Shown: in pieces, positions 7,408-14,498 of the stretch | Numbering within the stretch: position 1 is the first letter of the stretch | Layout: every line of letters starts with the position of its first letter | From: an uncultured delta proteobacterium | GTDB lineage: Bacteria > Desulfobacterota > WTBG01 > CAIYCZ01 > CAIRTM01 | NCBI GenBank assembly: GCA_963804955.1 | Contig: CAWDSQ010000004.1 | Coordinates: 1-14,498, forward strand | DNA length: 14,498 bases | Reading direction: 5' to 3' | Made by a program: the position numbers and the translations under genes | Notes under the pieces: model-generated | The model's input: only the letters and a program-made list of their open reading frames with translations | Databases searched by the model: none | Told to the model about the DNA's origin: nothing

Positions 7408-7803
7408 ATGATGAAGAAGCTGGTTCGAAACGGCCTGGAAAAGCTTGCACGCAAGCCGTATATCCAGCGCATTCTGCAGGAGGAGCTTGACCTGCGCTGC
7501 CTTAAGCGTCGGCCTACGGCCCGCGAGCAGTTCGGCATTGTCCTTGTGCTGTTCAGCTATGTAATCGGTTGGCCGGCGGTTGCTTTGTTCGGATTTCTCG
7601 CCCTGTATCTCAAGCAACCCCTGGTTCTTATCATCGGCGGGCCGCTTATTTACGGTTTTTCACATATCGTTTTTTTTGCGGGTATGTATATTGCCGGAAA
7701 GGATTACACCAAACTGTTTATAAAATGGTCCGTTAAAAAAATATGCGAAAAGATTGCACCCGGCGCTCCGGTGCTGCCGGCAGATGCTGCAAAAGCCCAG
7801 TGA
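7408..7803 (+). CDS. Small membrane protein of unknown function (about 131 aa, 2 hydrophobic segments)
   Basis: Basic N-terminus, then FGIVLVLFSYVIGWPAVALFGFLALYL and LVLIIGGPLIYGFSHIVFFAGMYI; start placed downstream of the promoter. Confidence 0.75.
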   Translation: MMKKLVRNGLEKLARKPYIQRILQEELDLRCLKRRPTAREQFGIVLVLFSYVIGWPAVALFGFLALYLKQPLVLIIGGPLIYGFSHIVFFAGMYIAGKDYTKLFIKWSVKKICEKIAPGAPVLPADAAKAQ

Positions 7804-7822
7804 TGCATACATGGAAGACCAC

Positions 7823-8089
7823 ATGGAAGAACTTATACAGGAACTCAAAGTCAAAATTGTCGAGACGCTCAATCTCATCAGCATAACCCCGGACAGCATC
7901 GATGCAGACGCCCTGCTTGTGGGCGGTGAGCTGGGCCTTGACTCCATCGATGTGCTTGAGCTGGTGATGATGGTTGAAAAGGATTATGGCCTTCGGATCG
8001 ACAGCAAGGAGCTCGGCATCAGGGTCTTTGCCTCCCTCAAGGCCCTGGCGGACTATATCCACAAGAACCGGCCGGAGACGAGCCCTTGA
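7823..8089 (+). CDS. Acyl carrier protein 1 (aryl-polyene/flexirubin-cluster type)
   Basis: MEELIQELKVKIVETLNL..ITPDSID....GGELGLDSIDVLELV; phosphopantetheine Ser in GLDSID. Alternative start at 7811. Confidence 0.92.
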   Translation: MEELIQELKVKIVETLNLISITPDSIDADALLVGGELGLDSIDVLELVMMVEKDYGLRIDSKELGIRVFASLKALADYIHKNRPETSP

Positions 8090-10247
8090 GCAGCATGCGG
8101 GTATTTGTCACCTCTCTCGGAATCATAAGCCCTCTCGGCAAAAACGCCATAGAAACATGTGCAGCTCTCACAGAATCGACATGCGGACTCGCGCCGCTTT
8201 CTCTCTTCCCCTCCTCCGTTGAGCCTCCCCTGCCGGCAGGGGAAATCAAATGCCTTCTGTCCGATGATGTCGCCCCGCACGCACGGCCTTGCGCTTATTG
8301 CAGCCCGTGAGGCTATGGCCGGTGTCGCCGGCCCCCCCGATGCCATCGTTGTGGGTGTTACAACGGGCGGCATGCCCGCAAGCGAGCCCCTTTTAAAAAG
8401 CGGCGCTGCCGACCCAGGCATGTATTCCCTGCATGGGGCTGGAACGGTTGCCCATTATGTGGCTGAAGCGCTCGGCTGTCAGGGCCCGGTGCTGACCGTG
8501 TCAACGGCCTGCTCCTCAAGCATGGCGGCTTTGAAATTAGCAGTTGAGCTTCTGCGAAGCGGCAGGGCGCGGCGTGTGCTTGCCGGAGGCGCTGACGGCC
8601 TGTGCCGTTTGACCTATTATGGTTTTCATTCCCTGCAGCTGGTCGATCCGGCAGGCGCCCGGCCTTTTGATAAAGACCGGCGGGGCATGAGTCTCGGTGA
8701 AGGAGCTGCCATGCTTTTCTTAGAGGCTGCCGCGGAGCCGCCGGCAGGGGCGCTGGCTGAGGTTCTTGGCGTTGGCCTGAGCTGCGATGCCTATCACCCC
8801 GCAGCTCCTCACCCTGATGGCGACGGGCGCTCTCCGCGCCATGCAGCAGGCCCTTTCTGCGGCTGGACTGCAAGCCTCTGAAATAGAGTATATTAATCTG
8901 CACGGCACCGGAACCCCAGACAATGATCTGGCCGAGGCGCGGGCAGTGCATGCCCTCTTCGACCTGTCCCCCCTGCCGCCGGTTTCATCTCTTAAGGGCG
9001 CCATCGGGCATACCCTGGGCGCAGCCGGTGCGGTCAATGCGGCAGTGTCTGTGCTGTGTATCAGCCACGGCATCATACCGGCCAATACCGGCTGCCGCGA
9101 ACCTGATCCGGCTGTGCACCTAAAGCCTGTTGCTGCGCCGCTGCGCAGGCCCGTTGCAGCTGGTGCTTTCCAATGCTTTCGGCTTTGGCGGCAACAATGC
9201 ATCAATCGTTCTCGGTAACCCAGCCGCAGCGAGAGTACCCGTGCACAACAGAAGCGGGAGCACTGTTTTTTCCGTGCTTGGCAGCGCCTGCCTCACCGGC
9301 GGGGGCAATCTGTATGCAGACCATGAAGCGCCTTGCCTCAGGAGAAACTATCTGCGGCATGGCACCGGCACAGGCCATTATGCAGGGGCTTCAAGAAAGC
9401 GCCGTGCGGCGGCTCAAGCGTCTGCCGCGCATGGTCCTGTCGCTTGCCGCAGCTGCCTGCGAAGGCCGGGATGGGCCGGCCGCAATATGTTTCGGCACCG
9501 GCTGGGGCGGGCTGTCTGAAACGAATGATTTTCTCGAGAGGCTCTTTGCAACGCAAGAGCGCTTTACCAGCCCCACCGATTTTATCGGCTCCGTGCACAA
9601 TGCCCCGGCAGGCCAGGCTGCCATGCAGCTGCAGGCACAGGGTGCGAACCTGACCCTTACGGATGGGGATTATTCTTTTGAGCAGGCGCTTTTCAGCGCT
9701 GGCCTGATTGCCCATGAGGCAGACGGGCCCCTGCTGGTGATGGGCGCTGATGAATACCATGAAAAGCTTACCCCGCTTTTTGACCCATCGGCAGCCTGCG
9801 GTGTAGACGGCGGCGGCGCTCTGCTGCTTCGCCCTTCGGCCGCGGCAGAGGCACTGAGCATCACCCCTGTTTTTCTTTCAAATGCACTACAGCCTGAAGA
9901 TGCTCTGCACCTGCTTATCCATGAGCTGGGAGGGCCTGTGGCTGTGGGAAAAAAGTTCGGCGCCATCTTTGCAGGCATTCCGGCAGCCCGGTCGTGATAT
10001 GGCCCGGGAGCAGCTCAGGCTGTTTCTGGAGATGACAGGCTGCACCTGTCCGGTCATTGATTATAGAAAAGTGACCGGCGAGTTCGCCTCGGCCTCGGCT
10101 GTGGCAGCAGTCATAGCCCTGGAGTGTGTCAGGGCAGGAGCATTGCCCGCAGCCGTGCATCCGGCCGGCCCGTGCCTTCTGCACAACAAAGCCGTACTGC
10201 TGCTGGGGTTGGGCCGGTGCATAACTGCTGTGGAGATACGGGGTTGA
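8086..10247 (+). CDS. Beta-ketoacyl-ACP synthase fused to a chain-length-factor domain (KS-CLF, about 718 aa once repaired); five +1 frameshifts as sequenced
   Basis: Six consecutive ORF pieces give VFVTSLGIISPLG / STACSSS / DAYH / INLHGTGTPDND / KGAIGHTLGAAG / SNAFGFGGNN, then CLF motifs RRLKRLPRM, FGTGWG, SPTDFIGSVHNAPAG, SFEQAL, YRKVTGEFASASA. Shifts near 8271, 8826, 9162, 9313 and 9988. TTG start overlaps the ACP1 stop, with GGAG upstream. Confidence 0.85.
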
Positions 10248-11073
10248 TGGATATGAACAATCCAGCTCCATCACCGCTTCTGCCGGTGGTAAAACTCGCC
10301 CTGCTGTGCGCCTGCGCATCAATGGCTCTTGCAATGATCAATGAGGTGCTCTGCGTGCTGCCGCTTGCGGTATTTGTCAGTTCATGCCTCGCAGCTCCGT
10401 TTTTGCCGCGGTACGGATTTTTTCTGCCGGTCATCAGCCGGGGATGCACGGGCAAAAACATGGTTGCCCTGACATTTGATGACGGCCCTGATCCTGCAAC
10501 AACCCCCCGGCTTCTTGAACTGCTTGAGAAATACAAGGCGAAAGCAGCCTTTTTTGTCATTGGAGAAAAGGCGCAGCGCCATCCGGAGCTTATGCGGGAT
10601 ATTATCGCCTGCGGCCATGCTGTGGGCAATCATTCCTACAGCCATGACGTGCTGCTCATGCTGCGGTCCCGCCGGACACTGGCGTCGGAAATCCGCACGG
10701 CCCAGCAGGCCATGAGCGCCTTTGACATACGACCGCTTGTTTTCAGGCCGCCCGCAGGAATCACCAATCCGAAACTGGGAAGCGTTTTAAGACAACAGGG
10801 CCTGCAGTGTCGTCACCTTCAGCTGCCGCGGCTTTGATGCCGGCAATCGCCGCATCAAGGGGCTGGCTGACAGGATACTGCGGAAAGTCCGGCCTGATGA
10901 CATTATTCTGCTGCATGATTGCATGCCCCGAGGGCCTGCCACGGTGGACATGTGGCTTGACGAGGTTGAAGCTCTTCTTGCGGGGCTTGCGGAAAAAAAT
11001 CTTGCTCCGGTGCCGCTTGAACAATCTGATCGGCAGGCCCGTCTGCAGCAGTCTGGTTGAAAAAGCTTTGTAA
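10247..11073 (+). CDS. Membrane-anchored polysaccharide deacetylase (CE4/NodB), about 274 aa once repaired; two +1 frameshifts as sequenced
   Basis: ATG overlaps the KS-CLF stop (TGATG); hydrophobic N-terminus; ALTFDDGP, GNHSYSH, FRPPAG; after a shift near 10809, VVTFSCRGFDAG...DIILLHD; after a shift near 11025, LIGRPV. Confidence 0.85.
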
Positions 11074-11095
11074 ATCTTGCTTTGCAGCAATTCAA

Positions 11096-11124
11096 TTGAC
11101 TCTGCACATGGTTTTTCATATACT
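11096..11124 (+). promoter_or_regulatory. Sigma70 promoter for lipoprotein-dehydratase-ACP2-radical SAM pair
   Basis: TTGACT-17 nt-TATACT, about 47 nt upstream of TTG 11171. Confidence 0.65.
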
Positions 11125-11170
11125 TGCGTACACTTGTCAGAACGATTAAATACCGTGATAGGGGGATCAC

Positions 11171-12043
11171 TTGAAAGCATATTCCGTGAGCTGGGGTGTC
11201 GCAGCGCTGTTTACTCTGGCATGCATGGCGACGGGCTGCGGGCACTTCAACAAAGCAGTGTATGAAAACTCATTTACCACCCTTCAGGAAAGCGCGGTCA
11301 AATACAGCGATCAGGGCAGATATGAAGAAGTGGTCTATATTACCCGGGCGCTGCTTGATTCCGAGCCAGACAATTATGATGTCCGACGACTGCAGGATAC
11401 GGCCGTAGCAGCCCAGCCGGCCACGGAGGCCATGGTCAATAAGTCGCTGTTTGGGGCGAATTTAAGCGACCGGATTACCGATGAAAACTTTCCCGTACTG
11501 GGAAGCATTTTGCTGTATATTCCCAATCGTATTCTCGATTTCATAGATCTTATTACGGTTGAAGCTGGACTTTGCCTAGGTATCGGCGCAAAAGCTCAGG
11601 CAACAGACGCCTTCAGCTTGGGCCTGCAGGGATCTGCGGGCGAGGCCATGTTCGGCCTCGTGGGCCGCAATTTGTCGGTACGCGCAACCCAGGAGGAGTT
11701 CTTCCATCTGCTGCCGGTCGGCAGCGCCTATCTGTCCGAGGCGCGAGCCTATACTGCCGGGACATACGGGATGATATCAAGCCAGGGCGGGCTGAAACTG
11801 CCCACAGATCATATTTATCAGAGGGCGCGTGACTACTGGGCCATCGGCGCACAGGCCGAGGCGCTGAGTGTTGCGGCCAATGTGAAATTTCACCCCATAG
11901 AGGTTTTTGATTTTATAGCGGGTTTTTTCTTTTTTGATCCACTCAAGGATGATATCGGCTCGACACGCCCTATCCATGTAGACCTTACGGATAATGAAAC
12001 CGAGGCTTTGGATAATCTGGCGTATCAAACGCGATTTCGGTAA
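11171..12043 (+). CDS. Lipoprotein of unknown function (290 aa)
   Basis: TTG start with GGGGGA RBS; signal peptide ending in lipobox-like ATGC; helical TPR-like N-terminal part; Gly/Ala-rich hydrophobic core bounded by NRILDFID and EVFDFIAGFFFFDPLKDD. Confidence 0.75.
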   Translation: MKAYSVSWGVAALFTLACMATGCGHFNKAVYENSFTTLQESAVKYSDQGRYEEVVYITRALLDSEPDNYDVRRLQDTAVAAQPATEAMVNKSLFGANLSDRITDENFPVLGSILLYIPNRILDFIDLITVEAGLCLGIGAKAQATDAFSLGLQGSAGEAMFGLVGRNLSVRATQEEFFHLLPVGSAYLSEARAYTAGTYGMISSQGGLKLPTDHIYQRARDYWAIGAQAEALSVAANVKFHPIEVFDFIAGFFFFDPLKDDIGSTRPIHVDLTDNETEALDNLAYQTRFR

Positions 12044-12048
12044 AGGCC

Positions 12049-12447
12049 ATGCCGCAAGCCTGGCAAAAATTTGAAATTAGCAGTATACATGAAGACAGCC
12101 TGGAAGCCCGCGGGGCAGCTCCTGCCGGGTCCCCATGGTTTGACGGGCACTTCCCCGGCCAGCCGATACTGCCCGGCATCGCCATGATTGCCATGGCCTA
12201 TGACGCTGCGAGGGAAAAAGAGGCGAACGGGGGGCATCGCATGCGGCTGAAAGCTGTAAAAAGGGTACGGTTTAAAAAGCCGGTCCGGCCTGATGAGCCC
12301 TTTACGCTGGCGCTCAAGCGCGAACAGAAGGAAAGCGGGGTCTTATATGCTTTCACGATTCTGCTGGCCGGCGAGGCGGCTTGCACCGGCATCGTACATC
12401 TTGAGCCGCTTGCCGGATACTCTGATAATAAAACAACTGTCTGTTAA
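12049..12447 (+). CDS. FabA/FabZ-like (ApeI-like) hotdog-fold acyl-ACP dehydratase subunit
   Basis: SPWFDGHFPGQPILPG and VKRVRFKKPVRP motifs. Confidence 0.85.
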   Translation: MPQAWQKFEISSIHEDSLEARGAAPAGSPWFDGHFPGQPILPGIAMIAMAYDAAREKEANGGHRMRLKAVKRVRFKKPVRPDEPFTLALKREQKESGVLYAFTILLAGEAACTGIVHLEPLAGYSDNKTTVC

Positions 12448-12460
12448 TGAAGGAGGTTGA

Positions 12461-12733
12461 ATGTCTGCTGGTATTAATGAAAAAGAGCTTCAGCTGCGTG
12501 TCGCGCAAATCATAATCAGCGAACTGAAGCTGCAGGATATCACAGCGGAAACGTTTGATCCTGATCTTGATCTTGTGGATGAAATCGGTATCGACAGCAT
12601 GGACCTTGCCACCATCGTGCTGGTGCTGCAGGATGAGTACGCCGTCAAGATCGATGAGGACGACTATCCCAAACTGCGCGCCATACGCCTTATAGCGGGC
12701 TATATTCAGGAGCGGCTTCAGGCAAAAGCCTGA
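12461..12733 (+). CDS. Acyl carrier protein 2
   Basis: AAGGAGG RBS; acidic 90 aa; DLVDEIGIDSMDLA with phosphopantetheine Ser. Confidence 0.92.
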   Translation: MSAGINEKELQLRVAQIIISELKLQDITAETFDPDLDLVDEIGIDSMDLATIVLVLQDEYAVKIDEDDYPKLRAIRLIAGYIQERLQAKA

Positions 12734-12748
12734 TACGCCCATCGCATT

Positions 12749-13815
12749 ATGAGCGCAGAACAGCCCTCCTCGACCCCGAAATACAGATTTGCCGACCTGC
12801 TTGCAGAGCCTGCCGTGCGCGAACGCTGGGAGCGGGTGCGCACGTATTTCTTCCTGCGCGAATCAACCTATGACATGACCCACCGTTGCAATATCCGGTG
12901 CGACGGCTGCTACTACTATGCCGGCGACAAGCAGTTTACAGCCGACAAGGGCGACCCTCAAGCCTGGCGCAAGCTTATGCGCGATGAGAAAGCACGCGGC
13001 ATCACCTTCGTAGTGCTGGCCGGCGCCGAGCCTGCCCTTGTTCCCGAGCTTCTGCAGGCCTGTTATGATGAGATTCCGCTTGGCTGCATTGCCACCAACG
13101 GGGTGAAGCGTATCGAACAATCGGTGGGGCACAAGATTCACGTGTCGGTCTGGGGAAATGACGCCACAAGCCTGCGGGTGCGAAAGCAGAAGGATATGCT
13201 TGAGAAGCAGCTAGATAATTACCGGGGCGACAGCCGGACCGTGTTTGTGTATACCTTTACGCATGACAATATCGATGAAGCAGGCCCGGTGATCGACTAT
13301 CTTGCAGCACATGACTGCAAGGTCACCTTCAATGTGTTCTCTGCGCCGGTCGGCTACACCGGAGCATTGCGGCACACGCAAGAGTCGCTTGCCCGGATGC
13401 GAAGGAGCCATGCTTGATCTGCTTGGCCGCATATCCGCGGCAGATGCTTTTTTCGCCCTACAGCGCTGTTGCCCACTCGCACCGGCTGGGGCTGCACGGG
13501 CTCTACGGCTGCCCGTATCCGCGCATGAACCATTCAGCGGATATCGGCCTGGGCCGTTCGTTCCGGCAGTACCGCTCGGATCTTACCTGGGACCGCAGCG
13601 CGTCCTGCTGCGTGCCTGATACGGACTGCGCCGATTGCAGGCATTATGCCGCAGGCAGCGCCGTGGTAACCTCAAAGCTCTATCGCCATGCAACCGATCC
13701 GGATACCTTCAAAGCATGGCTTGATTATGTGGATACCTATCTTGCCGTCTGGGTCACGGGGTATGAAAAAGGCGAGAACCTCTGCCGCGGTCCTGTTGAG
13801 CCGCCGGAGGGGTAA
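12749..13815 (+). CDS. Radical SAM protein A with C-terminal auxiliary Cys cluster, about 354 aa once repaired; two +1 frameshifts as sequenced
   Basis: YDMTHRCNIRCDGCYYY, LAGAEP, IATNG, VSVWG; shifts near 13405 and 13425 give ARMRR-AMLDLL-AAYPRQMLFSPY; C-terminal GCPYPR...CCVPDTDCADCRHY. Confidence 0.85.
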
Positions 13816-13824
13816 GTGTTTGCG

Positions 13825-13855
13825 AGTGCGCAGGGCGCACTATTTAATTTATTTT
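13825..13855 (+). terminator. Terminator-like hairpin between the two radical SAM genes
   Basis: AGTGCGC-AGG-GCGCACT (7-bp stem) followed by ATTTAATTTATTTT, starting 10 nt after the stop. Confidence 0.35.
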
Positions 13856-13903
13856 AGGAGCGCATGTATGCGCGATGATTTCGCGGCTGAAGCCGCTCCT
13901 ACA
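13855..13903. repeat. Inverted REP doublet of the GTAG family
   Basis: Right copy TCGCGGCTGAAGCCGCTCCTACA is the reverse complement of TGTAGGAGCGGCTTCAGCCGCGA; degenerate left copy TAGGAGCGCATGTATGCGCGA. Confidence 0.7.
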
Positions 13904-13933
13904 GTCTATAGCCCACAGCCTAAAGATTAAACT

Positions 13934-14498
13934 ATGCAACTCATAAGCTCAATGCTCGATCCTGACTGGTATGCGCGGTACAAGCGCATAGCAAGCCTCA
14001 ATATTCGCAGCTCCATCTACGATGTTACAAACCGCTGCAACCTGCGGTGCAAGGGCTGCTTCTTTTTTTCATCCGATGAAGATCAGGCCGCGCCCGAGGA
14101 GATGAGCATTGCAGCCTGGGAAGCCTTCGTGGAGCGGGAAAAAGAGCGCGGCGTCAATCTTGCCATTCTCATCGGCGGCGAGCCCACGCTCTATATGGAC
14201 CGCATCGACGCCTTCTACAAGCGCCTGCCCACCTACTGCGCCACCAACGGCCAGATCAAGGTGCCGCGCGACCGGTTTCCCGATCTGATGGTGGGCATAT
14301 CGCTCTGGGGCGATGAGGAGGATGAAAAGCTGCTGCGCGGCAAGGATACCTTCGCCGTTTCAAGCCGTAATTATGCGGGCGACCCCTACACGTACTATCT
14401 CTACACCATCACCCCGAAACAGCTGGGCCGCATCGACCGCATGGTTAAGAAGATACAAGATGTCGGGCTGAAAGTGCATCTGCAGCTTCTGTCAAATG
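13934..14498 (+). CDS. Radical SAM protein B, paralogue of A (runs off the right edge)
   Basis: Not in the ORF track. 188 open codons: MQLISSMLDPDWYARYKRIASLNIRSSIYDVTNRCNLRCKGCFFF...AWEAFVEREKERGVNLAILIGGEP...CATNG...ISLWG. Confidence 0.92.
   Translation, partial: MQLISSMLDPDWYARYKRIASLNIRSSIYDVTNRCNLRCKGCFFFSSDEDQAAPEEMSIAAWEAFVEREKERGVNLAILIGGEPTLYMDRIDAFYKRLPTYCATNGQIKVPRDRFPDLMVGISLWGDEEDEKLLRGKDTFAVSSRNYAGDPYTYYLYTITPKQLGRIDRMVKKIQDVGLKVHLQLLSN

Noticed and set aside
8265..13430. Programmed ribosomal frameshifting or phase variation as the cause of the broken genes
   Set aside because: Five shifts in one gene, no shared slippery motif and no long homopolymer or SSR tracts; an error process is simpler.
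13868..13930. 20-aa ORF MRDDFAAEAAPTVYSPQPKD with an AGGAG RBS between the two radical SAM genes, a tempting RiPP precursor
   Set aside because: The RBS and most codons are supplied by the REP doublet (13855-13903); the rSAMs show no evident RRE domain and sit with an ACP, which points to an acyl substrate.
3756..14498. Calling the locus a ladderane or canonical aryl polyene cluster outright
   Set aside because: Only family-level resemblance is visible, ladderane enzymology is unresolved, and key aryl-polyene genes are not in the window; the product is left unassigned.

Overview
Bacterial DNA whose gene content and repeat types suggest an anaerobe (Desulfobacterota-like; this is inference). 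The left 3.3 kb is on the minus strand: a partial PHP-domain gene, a small Cys-rich ORF, a GGQ release-factor-like protein, an AT-rich orphan and an alkaline-phosphatase-superfamily lipoprotein. From 3756 to the window end the + strand carries an ACP-dependent (type II FAS/PKS, aryl-polyene/ladderane-cluster-like) lipid biosynthesis locus rich in O2-independent tailoring enzymes. In order: B12-binding radical SAM, SAM methyltransferase, U32-family Fe-S protein, membrane protein, ACP1, a single-chain KS-CLF fusion, membrane-anchored polysaccharide deacetylase, unknown lipoprotein, FabZ-like hotdog protein lacking the catalytic acid, ACP2 and two tandem paralogous radical SAM enzymes (the second runs off the window and is absent from the ORF track). 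Three near-consensus sigma70 promoters split the locus into modules, and MITE/REP elements occupy several spacers. Three genes are broken by nine frameshifts, all +1 insertions, which points to sequencing error rather than decay. All family calls come from motif recognition; no database searches were run.
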